This document shows positions 25,501 to 38,769 of a stretch of 64,000 nucleotides of DNA, piece by piece. Made by a program: the position numbers and the translations under genes. Position 1 is the first letter of the stretch. Each line of letters starts with the position of its first letter. Origin of the DNA: Marsupella aquatica (Eukaryota > Plantae > Marchantiophyta); the NCBI GenBank assembly GCA_973895155.1, contig OZ316897.1, positions 11,245,832 to 11,309,831 of the forward strand, in the 5' to 3' direction. A model generated the notes under the pieces. The model saw only the letters and a list, made by a program, of their open reading frames with translations. It searched no databases and was not told the origin of the DNA.

Positions 25501-28500
25501 CAAATGGAAAGGAGAAATTGATCTGCGACTGCTCATGCTGCTGGTGAGAAGTGATGGACGTTTCCCACTTCTCCAGATTGCCGCAAAGTTTTGCAGCAAT
25601 GGCAGTTTGTGTCGGCCATTGCTTACGGTTTCTCTCCTCGACTTCTCTCGAAACCTTGGTGGTAAGGCTCTCAGAGTCCTTCAATAATGCTTCAAGTATT
25701 GATGAGGAAAATTGCCCGGTGTTTTGCTTTGACCGTCACCTTAAGGAGTTATAGGTGAATCCTCTGTGGCTAGGTGTTAGTGGGTCCCCAGCTTGAGTTC
25801 TTCCATGCTTATATCATGGCAGAGAGGACAATGACTGTATTTGGACCACCTCGGCCGAGGTCAGCATTCTATCCATACCTTGATCTTATCACACACACTA
25901 TCAAGCCTTTTTGGCCTTTGATTCTTTGCTTCAGTGTCTGGTATTTCAGTGATTGGTCCAGTATATCCTCATTCCCAAGATAGCGTTGGTAAAAGTTATC
26001 ACCGGTGTGGGCCAGATTATGTAAAGTACGCCTCAATCCTTTAAGAAAACATAGGGTAAGGGTGGCCCATAAACTAAGGGTGACTGTGCCCAGGTTGGAC
26101 AGGAGGTTGAAAACCCTAAAAGTTCGCGAGCTGGAAAAAAATACAAAATATAAACTGGGGGTTGTCCTGGCCTGTAGGTCAAGTTGCTCACCTTGCTCAA
26201 AGCGATTTTTCCCTTTTAAGAAACAAAAAGCTGGTGAGACCAGCACCAACATAGAACATAAGCCCTGACAAAAGAGAGTCAGCTAAGCTAACAATCTAAC
26301 CAGTGGTGGGAGCAGCACACTCCAGAAGACTGGCCAATCCTCTGGGTCTGCTAGGTTTCTTTCAGTGTATCGTTTTACTTGATTCAATCTTGGCACTCCT
26401 CAACCCTGATTATAAGTGGGGAGTGTGCTTTGGAATATGTGATATCTAGTGAAGTGAATTCAAGTGAGTCCAACGTGTCATTGTCCATAGATATTTATAG
26501 GGCCTATTCGTATTCCCATCTCGTGTATACCCAATTTCTCATGAGAGAGGAAACGAGAGAGTCTCATCCATCGAAAACATTGGTAGAGACTTTTAGCAAA
26601 CTCAGAAATCAAGGTGCCTAAAAGAATAGTGAAAGATAAGGCTAGCAACGGCTCACCATGCAAAACTAGCAGAACTGAATGCCTTTAAGGTTCCCCACCG
26701 ATTTACATAGAACACCACCACCATTCTTGTGTCAAGGAATCGGTTGTTAAAAGTTTTGAATGTGATTTGCTTTCACCTTTAATTTCGGGCATTGTGAAGG
26801 TACTGTAGATCCTTTCTAAAGTGGACCGAGGAAAACTATTGTAAGAATCTTCACTCCTTTTGAGAAGCAAAAATCCCCTGTATCTCTTTCAAAAAGATAT
26901 TGGAGCTGGATCTGGAAACTTGACGCAACCTTAAAGGGTCCCTCATGTCACACCTGAATCTCTTTAAAGATATTTGTAGCTGGATCTGGAAACTCTAGAC
27001 GCAACCCAAAGGTGTTCAGACGAAAGCATTGTCATCGTCCAAATGTGAACGCCAACTCCTGGTTTTGGACACAAAAACCACTGGTTGCTGCACCTTGATG
27101 GCCTTCCAAAAGCGGCATCCTCGAATTTTAAATTCAACAGCAAATTCCATAGAGTCACAAGCACTTGTAGTAATGTAGAAATTTATATGAAAAGCTACAT
27201 ACATATAAGAACGAACTGTTTCCCTGTCTGCAAGCCAGTTGTGCGGCTTGTTTATGAACAGGTATTCCTTTTCAACAAAGAGCAAGTTCGGTCTCCACCC
27301 TTGAGGCCAACTCTTATTCCGAAGCATTGGGCTTCTCTTTAGCCTGAGGACCCAATGAACCTGACAGCTACAGTAGACTCAAGCTCCAAACTAAGTATGT
27401 CACGGATAAGGCTCGCAGTTTAAACAATTTAGAATTATCTTGACTGACTTCTTATGTCATTCGTTTGGCAGAACTGTTGGTCTACATTGATCGGTCAAAC
27501 ACCTCATAGAAGAGACAAACATTGCAAGGGAGCTCAGCAGATTGAAGATGTAGATTAAAGTAATGAACATTGCATATAAAATGGGGCTTAGTTCTTTTGT
27601 CTGGTAATCTTTGGATCCTTGCCAGAAAGGCAATGGCACTACTTGAGATCAAAGCACCGCTGAATGTCCCAAATCGAAGCTGCCTGCTTGTTGATGGTGT
27701 CAAAGTAATCCCCACTAAATGAGGATTTTCTTTATGGAATGCCAACATCCATCAGCTGCAGCTGCATTGTCGCTCTTTTTGTTCAATGTCTCTCTTCTAC
27801 TCGTAAGAAGTTTTCAGAATTCTCGCTGTTTGCCTCGTTTGCGTTTGACCTCGCGTTTGACTTAGCTACAATCTGCTTTCTCGCATCATGCAATGGACTG
27901 AATTGCGAATTCATGGAATCACTCATGGGTTTGCCCAACGACAACCCAATTGTAGCCTGAATGAGTGATGTCTCAAGTGTAGGTGTCTACTTTGATTTGC
28001 AAACCCTCAGGGCGCATTCTTAGTCATATCGGGATAAACAATTACTAATCGAGAAAGCACATAAGATCTCCTCCCGAATCTTCTGGAGAATTATGGACTG
28101 CCTCCATCAATGACTTCTCCACTTCCATTAACTGATAAGGCTCACGAGAATTACAGAGCATAATCGAGAACCCTAAATCTGTGGAGAAATGTGCTCCACG
28201 CAAACAAAGTAACAGAATGATAAGTAAGAATAACATTGCTATTTCACTTTCTCTGCTCAATTAGCATGCATTCTCTGTCATATAATCACTGGCGCTGTTG
28301 CAGTCTACAAGCGCTGGTGATCCGCGTCCGCCAATAAAAAGTCCAGATTATGAAGCAAAATCATCATATGCATGGCTAAGAAACAGAACGATATTCCGAC
28401 GAGGACTTCAGTTTCAACCATGGATCCACTTGGTTTCCACTTGGTTGCTCTGCAGTTGATTAATCTTGAAGCAATTTCCTCTCCACCAGTAGGGTTTGTC

Positions 28501-28732
28501 ACTGCAAAATGAACACTGCAGTGAATCACTCTGCCGATGACCAGCCTTTGTAGATAAAGCAGATTTTTCTGAATAAAGGTCACCCGTGAGAGCAGAGAAT
28601 CTTCGGCGTTCTCTCCACCAGGAAACGGTGTGAATGACTTTCACATCAAGAAAGAGAGGTGATCATCTCTTCGTAATGTTGTCAAGAACAAATTGACTGG
28701 ATCGGTGGAATGGACGACCAATGCGAAGAAGT

Positions 28733-29725
28733 TCATGAGGATTTGAGTTTCCCTTGGCCGTGGACAGTCACCTTCCTCTTGAACCAGGGAAACAAGACAC
28801 TGGTTGATCGCTGGTAGCCCCGATAAAGTTCAGCTCTTGATTCATCTGCAACCATCTTCCTCTCCACCAGCACAGTGGAATATGCCAGACAACAGGAGTT
28901 CAGCACCGTGCCGATGACTGCCCAGCCTTGTCCCAAGTTCCAGCCAAACAGACTCAACCCCCACCAAAACAACTGCTCGCCAAAATAATTTGGATGCCTT
29001 GAGTAATACCACAAACCGCTGTTCAGGAGGGGCACCTTTGGGCCCCCAATTTCTTGGAGGAGCTTATTCTTTTCGACAAAGTGATAGAGTTCAGTATCTG
29101 CCACATGCGCTATGACGACACCAGACACGCATAGAAGAATGGCAAGAGCATCCCATGCATTGAAAGGGAGCTGGCTTTGGTAAACTGTGTAGACAGGAAG
29201 CGTGAGGCCTATCAGGAAAATATGTTGGGACAGAAAAACGTGGAAGATCGACTGATACCACCAATGCTTCCCATACTGAGTCCTATACTCGGCATATCTC
29301 CAATCTTCTCGTTCCCCCCACTGCCACTTTTCTCTCCGCAAGTATGAGTAGGTCAAACGAATGGCCCAGAACCACATCAAACCAATCACAGCCCTGGATC
29401 GGAACACATCTGTTTGTGACGATGGATGTAGGGCGTAGTAATGAGTTATAAGGACTTCGACAATGGTCCAGTAAGGATCAATCAGCCAGAAGCTTCCTTG
29501 CAGCATACCGATGATCCAAAAGAGAACATCCACATTGAGCAGGAACAGCACATTGACAAGGTACAAGGGATGCATCCGTCCCCAAAGACACACGCTCTTC
29601 CACTTTTCATCTCCCTGGATCCCCGCCGTCTCGTCACAAGTGTGAAGGAAAAAAGTGTAGAACACAATGGATGGGAGAGCAACTAGAACCACCACTGCAA
29701 AGTTGGCCTCACTTGAATGCTCCAT
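28733..29725 (-). CDS. DUF1295 family membrane protein (steroid 5-alpha-reductase/ICMT-like fold), 330 aa
   Basis: Uninterrupted ORF with WLIDPYWT, W..RLT..Y.RRE.WQWG.REDWR, ADTEL and GLWYYSRHPNYFGEQLFWWG motifs and multiple TM segments. Confidence 0.92.
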   Translation of the reverse strand: MEHSSEANFAVVVLVALPSIVFYTFFLHTCDETAGIQGDEKWKSVCLWGRMHPLYLVNVLFLLNVDVLFWIIGMLQGSFWLIDPYWTIVEVLITHYYALHPSSQTDVFRSRAVIGLMWFWAIRLTYSYLRREKWQWGEREDWRYAEYRTQYGKHWWYQSIFHVFLSQHIFLIGLTLPVYTVYQSQLPFNAWDALAILLCVSGVVIAHVADTELYHFVEKNKLLQEIGGPKVPLLNSGLWYYSRHPNYFGEQLFWWGLSLFGWNLGQGWAVIGTVLNSCCLAYSTVLVERKMVADESRAELYRGYQRSTSVLFPWFKRKVTVHGQGKLKSS

Positions 29726-32700
29726 GTGTAAAAATGTCCCCCAAACCTATCCAATATTGCAATCAAGTATAACAAATCAGTTATACACATTACCTAGACA
29801 TCTTGTGCCTCAAGTATCCCGTTCTTGAGGAGGTCAAGTATTGGGTTCAATGCATACAAAGTAGGTCAGTAATGAGATGAATGCAAACAATTCGCAGAAA
29901 ACGAAGTAACAAATTCTCCTTCCTAACGGAGCATTTTGTTTCCTACTTACCGCCAATTTGCAATGACATTGACGCGGGACCTTCTAAGTAAGGGGAACCA
30001 CAAGCAGCACTATGTTTCTCCCCATACCCTAAACCGAAGAAAGTCATGATACTGAAAATACATTTCTGGGTGTCTTTTAGAGTGAAGCTTAGACCTTCTA
30101 CCCGAATTGCCGTGGAGGAGAGAAACGATGATGATCAATGTGCCTTTCTCTGCGTAAATTAGACAAAATTGTTCAGACTTCGTTGCAAGACAACTTCAAT
30201 TTTTAGAGTGATTTTCGCACGAAGAGAGTGATCATTCGGGTTGTGGTTTGAGCGTGCATGAACTTCCACAGGGTGCCACTCAGGTCATACATAGATTTTT
30301 AGGGACTTTTTCATTCTTGTGGATTTTGTCTGACGTCGTTCTGCTAGAATACTAATCGCCGTCTGTCTTCCATCAAATAATTCCTCTATAAACCCTTAGT
30401 TCATGTACTTGAGAGCAAGATTGTGAGCATCAGATTTCAAGGAGAAATGTCATTCTGGATTCGAATGTCTTACCAGAGAAAAAATAACTGACAGTGTCTC
30501 AAAATTGTCCGCCCTTCGATTCAAAACTGCAGATGGCGGTTTTGCGCTCACCAATCCCAAACTTTCTCAACGTCCAATCTCCAGGTCTTTTGTATCTATT
30601 CAAGAACCAGTTGACTCCCCGGGCCTTCCAATCTCTCGCTTGCGTCAATCTTCAATCTGTCAAACTGAGATATTGATAGTCGGAGATTCATTAAAGAAGC
30701 TTGCAAGATTGGCAACAAGATTTGGAGCTGCTCAACAGTTTCTTATTGGTCCTATCTTTCTCTCCTCTCGCCTCCTCCTCTCAAGCTTCACAACCACGGC
30801 AATTGACGATAATGCAGCTTTTGAAAAGGGCTATCGCAGCACTTCTACATGCTATCGACACGCATTGTCGCTGCAATTTTGGAAACCGGAGCTAGCTGCT
30901 ACATTAGTGCTACACTTTGCCGGCCACTGTTGACCCGCCGGCAGCTGTTCATCATATCTGCGCTCCATAAAGGCCGGGTGGGATGTTCCCTAGGAGGCAC
31001 TCAGTGGACATAGTAAGACCAGAGTGGAAGCCGGGGGGACCCAAGCCACAACGAGCAACGGAAAGTTAAGCACAGGCCCAATTCCGATTGGGGGCGCTGG
31101 AGATTCATGACCGCATTCTTCCGTAAGAAAGAGATTACTCAATTCCTTCCGCCATCGACAAAACTAATGATTCTAAACGAAGATTCTGTCGGTTGGCCAT
31201 TTGCCCGAGGATGCGGAAACAGTACTGTACATGATGAATTCATATGGAAAGCAAGCACGAGGACTTTGAAGAAATGGAACTTATGGAAGTCAATTTCTTC
31301 CTTTTCATTGGTACAAGGAATAAAATGGAGTTCTACTTCTCTCCTTGATTGTCATGATTGGGCCCCCTCCAGGCGTCTAGTTCTCTAACTTCAATAGTAA
31401 GTTACCTTTCAAGATGGGACAGGAACAAATCCTACTTTACATGCAGGCTGATTTCGCAGGCTGTTTCTGGATTCGATTTTGGTTTCTTTCAATCCTGTTC
31501 TGGCGGTCCTCCTCAGATTTAGAAGTCTTTGGGTATACTGTAGTAGTGGATTTGCTTGTCCACTGTCTAGCAGCTTTCAGTATGTGGTCCTATATAATTT
31601 ATTAAGTGTCATGATCTCAGTATGATGAATTACTTCCCAGGTCGGAGTAAGTTGTCACTGCAGGTGAACCTCATCTACAACAATTTTGACTTCAATCATC
31701 AGACAAGATCCAGCCATCAGTCCCTAATGAAAGAAGTGGCAGAGTTTAAGTTGGGGCGTTTGGGTTCACAGCGACTTGAGAAAACAACTCCTGTCACTGC
31801 ATTTAGTCTGGTCCAGATTCCAGACTGTTTCTGAACTAAATGAGGGCTTTCTCAAAGGCAACCATTGTCGCGGTTGAAAGTTGACAAAACCATTGTTTTC
31901 TGGACCAGAGTGAGAAGGCTTTGACAAAAGCACTGTCAATCTGAACTAGAGTAACCATGCATCCGGAGTAATCTCCATCAAGACCAAATCTACAGTAATG
32001 AGATATTTATATACATGTCACTGGAAAGTTCTTTGATGCTGTTTCGCCCTTTCAGATTCTTGATAAGTAGACTACTAGCATGCAGCCTACTTCAAGCAGG
32101 TGACAAGTTGACTGGCGAGAGACACATCCAGACACACCTTGTAAGAGAATTAAATAGCCACAGACACATGATTGCTCTATGAAATCTTTCTTGATGAGGG
32201 AACGAAGATCCGGTGCATTGACGAGTTCCTCATCCCAAGAGCGGTGTACTCTTGTTGCTGGGCCTTAATTTTGGAGTACTGTCCTGCTTCCATTGCTCTA
32301 GCATTAGCCCGGGGCCTAGTTCAATTGTCGGTGAGATGAATCGGCAAATATCTAGTGTCTGCGTCCGTTTTGCTAACCACTGGTCCTCTGACTTAAAGTC
32401 CATCGCTCCAGCCCTCTTGAACTTCGCCAGTTGGATGGATTGAGTTCAGAGCTTCGTACGAGCACTACGAGGCATTTCATATAGTATTACCACCATCTTA
32501 AGCTGCATGTGGGCCGTTGTAAAGCAAAGGCTGCAGAGAATTGAATTCGAGAGTTTCCATGGACACGACTTAGTGGCTACTTTATAAGCAAGTAGATGTG
32601 GTCAAGAAATCGAGACTAAAGTTCCTTCAACGTACTCTCTGGCAACGTAAGAAACAGCTCACTCGCAGGCATCTGTTATATCAGACAATATGTGTTTGCT

Positions 32701-33548
32701 TCTCAACCCCCTCGACGGTCAGGAGGACGTGGTCTGGCTGCGTGTATTCAAGGTTGGAATGAACAATTGCATACCGTACTCTGAGATAATTGCAATAGCT
32801 CACCGCCTTTCAACTACTGGAGTTCCCTGCCAAAAGAATCCGCTACAGTACCGACCGGTCGTTTTCTTGGTAAGCATTACAATGAATGCCCAGCGAACTT
32901 AGGTGGACCCCTTCATCTGGTATTCAAATCAAGAGAATGGCAGTGACATTCAGCTTTTTCCAATAAACTTTCAGGAAAAGCCCTGAACTACCTCAGGTAT
33001 CGAAAAGTATGGAAGAATCAATGCATGGTTGCAGGAGATCCAATGAGGAGACTCGTAGTTGCAGCTGAACCACCATATCTTTTGGCCCTATGCCAAAGAC
33101 CTTTCGTGAACCTGAGAGATTCTGCCGAGCTGATCCATTTGGGCGAGGAGATCTTTGAGTGCTTGGACAGAGCAGCTGATGGGGACTTCCGTGGACGGAC
33201 AGAGATGGGCTAGGGCAAAATTTGACAGTAACGGTTACCGAAAGGCGTCGTACATATGAAAAGTGCAAAATACTGGTGTCACAAGCTCGTGAGGTTGGTA
33301 AAGTACTTCCCTATGAAGCCCAGATCTATGGATTGAACCTCGGTTTGTACAAACAAGACTTGGTGAACGTCCTCATCAATTCGCGAACATATGCTTTTGT
33401 GATAGAGGCTCGTCACCATAGATTGGTTTGCAGGACCAGTACTGTCCTCGATATTCTATTGATATATGAAAGGCTGTTCGCTACTGTCTCCATAGAAGGT
33501 AGTTGAGAGTTGACAATGATAGTTATTCACAAAGGCTTCGTTTTGTAC

Positions 33549-33623
33549 CGACCTGACAGAGTCTACTCTTCATCCATCTCTTCCAAGCACCTGACAGAGT
33601 CTACTCTTCATCCATCTCTTCCA
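33549..33623. repeat. Tandem duplication, 2 x ~39 bp
   Basis: acctgacagagtctactcttcatccatctcttcca occurs twice. Confidence 0.85.
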
Positions 33624-35036
33624 TCCAGAACATTTAGTTGTAGTTGAACATCCTAAAAGGCAGCCCGGTGGTTCTTGCTGGCATGGGGAGACCCAAGTTC
33701 CCGTATTGCATGATTTCATCAGGGTCTGATAGCTCCTGTAAGAAATGAACTAGAGAACCATACCCCAGACCAAGGGGTCATAGAGATAACATAATTAAAA
33801 CGCTCAGGGACAACATCTGGAAGATTACAGGACTGCCTAGCTCTGCAAAAGAATTACTAAATTTTGAGGTGATCTGCCAGACCTAGGATTTTGCGAATCA
33901 AACGTTCAATTCTATTGTTTAACCCTGTTTACGACCCAGAAAATAAACTGGCAGAAGTGTGAAAGGAATCGGAACGCTTTTCCAAATTTAACTTTGCTAC
34001 AGTCGGTGCATTCCCACAAATTTAAATTTTGGGATTCAAGGCAGATGAGTTGTAGAGACCTCCCAAGAAGAATACTCGTTTCATCTGTGTCGACCAGATG
34101 AGTTCTCACAGTGGATCTGTCTGCAGCAACTCTCATATAAAATGTCATGGAACATCCTGGTGTTAAATTTCGGAACCACGCCTCCGGTAGCTGGTGTGTA
34201 CATAAACAGAAGACATTTGAACAGTACAAGTGTCAGATGTCACGTTTCAGAGGTTTCTTCCCCACCACCTAGAAACATCCACCGGCCTTCGAAGATATCC
34301 AAAAAGTGGCCCTTGTCACTTATAAAACTACCAGGAGTAAAGACAGTGGTAAAAGATAATCATCACTGTATATTTGCCAGGCAGTCGCCAGAAGTACTTC
34401 CAACAATAAAATGGGTATTGAAACACTTCCCTTAAACAAAATCAACATCAAGAGGTTGAGACAGACGTCATTCAGTTTGTGCACGGTTCCTTTCCGTAAT
34501 ACAGTCCATAGTTAACAAGGCACGCAAAATAAACCGAGCCGTGCGAAACCATGTACTTCAGTTGTCGGCATGGTGTCCGCAGTACCCCGAACCCAAGTAC
34601 ATCTAGAAGCGTGTTTTGTTCAAAACGTGGTGGCTCGAAACTGCCTCAAAAGACATGTCTGGTCATTCAACCAGATGTTTCTTACAACTAAGTGCACGCC
34701 CATCGCAAATTGGACATAGTAACGGCGTCCTTTGCCCTTTGGTGCAACGATTCCTACACTTCTGTTAGCGATACGCCACTGATGAAGGAAGGAAATATTC
34801 GTGCCATTGTCAAGAAAAATTGAGCATTTAGACTCAGAGACTACCCTTCATAGAGTTTTGCCGATGAGAAATATTCGGTGATGCCCTTCCAATGCTTGTC
34901 TGGGACATTAATCTAGGCTTGAAAACTCGAAGTGCAACTGTTAAATTGGCCAAGAACACCACCTTCCGCGTGTTACCCAATAGAGAACGCAGACCAGAAC
35001 TCTTTCAGTCCATATTAGGAGTTCTAAGTCCAGTTT

Positions 35037-37082
35037 CTAACTCCTGGGCCTTGAGTGAATCCACCAGAGAAGATTGGAAAGAGAGTTTCCGTCATCATGA
35101 TCTGCAAGCTGGGAAACTAACTTAAGAGCAGTATCTGGTTGATAAATAGCTAGTAAGGTATATACGAAACCTCTCCATCCATCTGTCACTCCGCCTCTAT
35201 TCAGAACAGGTAGGGTCCACTCCACTAGCTCACGCACGAATTCCTTGTCCCGGAATAGGACCTCAGTAATGGGTGTGATGGGGAGAACTTGTATTCCCAG
35301 TCTCATCTCTCGACAATCTTTGGAAGCAAACCACAAGCCACTGTCCCTCTTGTTGGCCCATAAGACACCCACGACCCGATTACTTTTCACAAATTCAGGC
35401 TCGTATAGCGTACTATCACATCTTATATGCCAGAGCGATTTGCTGGCACGAATTTCCAGAGCTGTCAGAGTCAGACCAAGATTAATCAAATGCGAATCAC
35501 CATAGGCCAAACCCACCAGAGCAGCTGAATAGTAAGCATTGATTGCCTCACTCGTGCTCTCCTGATTCCTCCCATCTGCAAACTCTGTGAGGCCTCCAGC
35601 CCAAGAGTGCAACTTCCAAGGATCATAACATCTTAAACGTGGAAAGTAAGAATCAGTAGAACTACAGGTCATGAAGTCTCCAACTAAGGCATAGAGGTGG
35701 CTCTTAAATGCATGACCCCAAGCAGGATCCAACTTCGCCAGTACTGCTCCAGCATAACAGAAGTAACCATGGTGGTAATGATGATCATTGTACATTGCCA
35801 AGCCAAAGTCAGCTCCTGCATCTTTAGATCCCTCTCTGCTCACCAGACCTCCCCATTTGAGATCATAAACAAGAGTATTCCCAGGAAATGTTCCCTGGAA
35901 CCATGGAGTAATTGAATCAACCAAAAAGGCCCGGACTTTTTCCACCAACTGAGGGCTCCCAACTTCCTCGGCTATCAATGCCAGTCTCGCTGCTCGTGCT
36001 AGAGCCTTTCCGTGGAAATAAGTAGAGGGGTTAGTGATTGGATTCAAAGCAGCTACATCGATCTCAAGAGCACGGAGGATATCACTCCGAGCTTCCCTAG
36101 CACCCACACCTTGTGATGAATACCAATTGACCGAGAGGTGAGCCTCCTTTAGAATCCAAGAGCCGCCAACAACTCCTTGCAAGGGTCCATCAATGCTGGT
36201 ATAGGAGAGGGATGGGACTTGTACAGAGTGACTTGAGAGGATCTCCCGGTGGTAGGGGAGACTCAGCATTAAAAGGTCACCCCAGCCTCTCTTCTCCCAG
36301 ACATATTTGACCTGGAATGGAACAGAAAGATCCGCCATGCCTCCCACTGGATAACATTTGCTGTACCGATCCAAAATTGAAGAGCATCTCTCACCATCTG
36401 GAATCATAGCAATCCTTATGACACCAGAAAATCCGTTACGTCCCACAGCGCCCACGTTCAAATTCTTGTCCAGATGTAGAGGAGATGAGCAGTAAATTAC
36501 CCATGTTTGCCCGTTGTTCATAACTAGCTTATGCCTGGTGAAATCCTCGTTGGATTGCAGCTCCAGAACAGCATGAATCGTTGACAACAGTGGAGTTCCG
36601 TTCTTGAAGAGAAACGTAACGTAAGGACTCCCACGGACCAGAGGCACGCTCAACCTCGAGCCAAAGTCCAGCGTGACACTCAAATCATCGTACTGGGAAA
36701 CAACGTGAGATACTGGGCCCTCTTCTCGACAAGAGATAGACAGGTTCGCAACGAAGCATTGAAAAATGAAGTCCGGATTGGGCCCTCTGGTTGGGTAGCA
36801 GACGCTGAGCTTGCCAGCAGAGGACTGGATCATGTAGGGATGGAGGTACTCTACACACGACCCCTGGTTAAGCACAAAATTGAGCCACGCAGAATTGGTG
36901 GGCAGGGGCGGATTTCGGATCCGCGCTGCCCAGAGCTCGCTTGGATCTGGAGGCACTGCCACATTCCCCACGTTTGGAAAGGGCTGCTGTTGTTCACTGG
37001 TACGGGGGTGCCCCATTTTCACCGCTAGATTGAACACACTACCAACCGAAGATCCAAGATGATGAGTAAGGTGATGGGTCAT
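35037..37082 (-). CDS. Glycoside hydrolase family 81 endo-1,3(4)-beta-glucanase (glucan-binding protein-like), intronless, ~681 aa
   Basis: PLPTNS, LVRGSPYVT, STYFHGKALARAARLA, DFG...YNDHHYHHGYF, HSWAGGL..FADGRNQESTSEA (catalytic ExxxE), GVLWANKRD, LGIQVLPI. First ATG at 37082, alternative ATG at 37016. Confidence 0.96.
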   Translation of the reverse strand: MTHHLTHHLGSSVGSVFNLAVKMGHPRTSEQQQPFPNVGNVAVPPDPSELWAARIRNPPLPTNSAWLNFVLNQGSCVEYLHPYMIQSSAGKLSVCYPTRGPNPDFIFQCFVANLSISCREEGPVSHVVSQYDDLSVTLDFGSRLSVPLVRGSPYVTFLFKNGTPLLSTIHAVLELQSNEDFTRHKLVMNNGQTWVIYCSSPLHLDKNLNVGAVGRNGFSGVIRIAMIPDGERCSSILDRYSKCYPVGGMADLSVPFQVKYVWEKRGWGDLLMLSLPYHREILSSHSVQVPSLSYTSIDGPLQGVVGGSWILKEAHLSVNWYSSQGVGAREARSDILRALEIDVAALNPITNPSTYFHGKALARAARLALIAEEVGSPQLVEKVRAFLVDSITPWFQGTFPGNTLVYDLKWGGLVSREGSKDAGADFGLAMYNDHHYHHGYFCYAGAVLAKLDPAWGHAFKSHLYALVGDFMTCSSTDSYFPRLRCYDPWKLHSWAGGLTEFADGRNQESTSEAINAYYSAALVGLAYGDSHLINLGLTLTALEIRASKSLWHIRCDSTLYEPEFVKSNRVVGVLWANKRDSGLWFASKDCREMRLGIQVLPITPITEVLFRDKEFVRELVEWTLPVLNRGGVTDGWRGFVYTLLAIYQPDTALKLVSQLADHDDGNSLSNLLWWIHSRPRS

Positions 37083-37833
37083 GGGAATTTGCACAAACTA
37101 AAGATCTCTCTAGCTCTCCGTCTCTCTGATTGAACTCAGCTATCAAGACACAGAGGATCTCTCTACAGATGACTCCTCAAAAAGCCCAATTCTCGTCTGT
37201 GGCATGAGCCTAAAGGCGTTCTCTCACGATTACAGATTCGGCTATCTCGGAATCGGAGGTGCGCTAATTTACTCAGGCTTCAAGTTGAAATTCGATAACA
37301 GAGCTGATCCATCACATCGCCTCCCCTAACAGAATGATCACTAAGGTTTCATTGACAAGGGGTCCAGTGCTTGTTACTATATGACGATCAGGTTGAAGTT
37401 GAGAGAATATTCATCTTTTTTCTTCGTTCCATCGACAAACGGCCGGAGGTGATGAGTTGGCTTAGCTTGACCGTGTGATGCATTCCTTCATAGCGAAGTC
37501 CCCGGCTCCGCGTCCTTTTGCGCCAACTCACTCACTGTGCTTCACTTCGCTTCCAAAACCTTCACTTCTTCCTCACTTCTCCTTTCATTCCAAAATTTCA
37601 ATTCACTTCGTATCATTTCTTCCGACCATGGCAAAATGTCCGTTGGGCATTTTGCCGCCACCGACCAGACTCCTAGGAGGATGAAAAAAACCGAAAATGC
37701 CTCTCCTGTTTTTTCATCTTTGTTGAAAGGGGAATTGGTCTATTCCATGGAGAAATTGAAGCATGGATGGAACTTTGGAAATGCCAAATTATCCGATAGA
37801 TGCACCAAAACCCTCTTTTCGGCTCATATCTGT

Positions 37834-38032
37834 CTAATCTACTCATTTAAGCTCATATTTAATTCTAATCTAAACGCCATAATATTCTAATCTACTCTTT
37901 TGAGCTCATATTTATTTCTAATTAAAAGCCATAATATTCTAATCTACTCTTTTGAGCTCATATTTATTTCTAATCTAAAAGCCATAATATTCTAATCTAC
38001 TCTTTTGAGCTCATATTTATTTCTAATCTAAA
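37834..38032. repeat. AT-rich tandem repeat, ~4 x 53-54 bp
   Basis: ctaatctactcttttgagctcatatttatttctaatctaaaagccataatatt repeated. Confidence 0.9.
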
Positions 38033-38769
38033 CATCATCATATGCAATCTCATGGTCTGTTTATGACCCCTTACTTCCTAGTGGTCTTTTAATGAAATGT
38101 AGTTGTGACAGGAAACCTTTGAATGTTGCTCTTTTGGTTATGGTGACATTTTTCTCTAACTATGATATGGGCCTAAAGGTGCCCCTGTGTACCTCTTCCG
38201 CACTGAACCAAAACTCTCTATACAACTTGCACAGTTTTTGAAATTCAATTGTCAGGTCAATTCTCTAACTTCCCGCAGAGTCTTACTATCTGGCCATCTC
38301 ACTTATGCTCAACAACAATAACAATTCTGCTCAACGTCACTTATTATCAGTTAACACTCTAACTTGCCATGATAGGCATTGGGTAGTATTAGATACTATA
38401 CCCATGAGTGGAATGTGAATGTGCCAAACCCGGGACCAAGGGGTTGGTCATACACAAGTAACTATCTCATCCTTCTAGTATTTTCCTACCAATTATTGTA
38501 CTTGCTCCTTGCTTGCCTTCACGATTTTGTTCTCCCAATGCTTGAGTTCTCTCTGAATCAAGATGATATTCAATCAAAGATGCATCTATTGTAGGCAAAC
38601 TCGGGTAAACACCCTCAACCCCATATCCTACTCTTCCAGCCCTAACACCCCACCTCTATCTTTTCCTTCCCTGTCCTCCTTGATCCCAACTTCCTCCTCC
38701 ACGCTCCCCTCCCCTCCCCTCCCCTCCCCTGCCCCCCCCCCCCCCCCCCCCCCCCCTAGTTTGGCCACC

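Noticed and set aside
33085-33180. P450-like PERF and PFGxG words (FREPERFCRADPFGRG)
   Set aside because: Spacing is too short, there is no in-frame haem Cys, and no other P450 motifs lie nearby.
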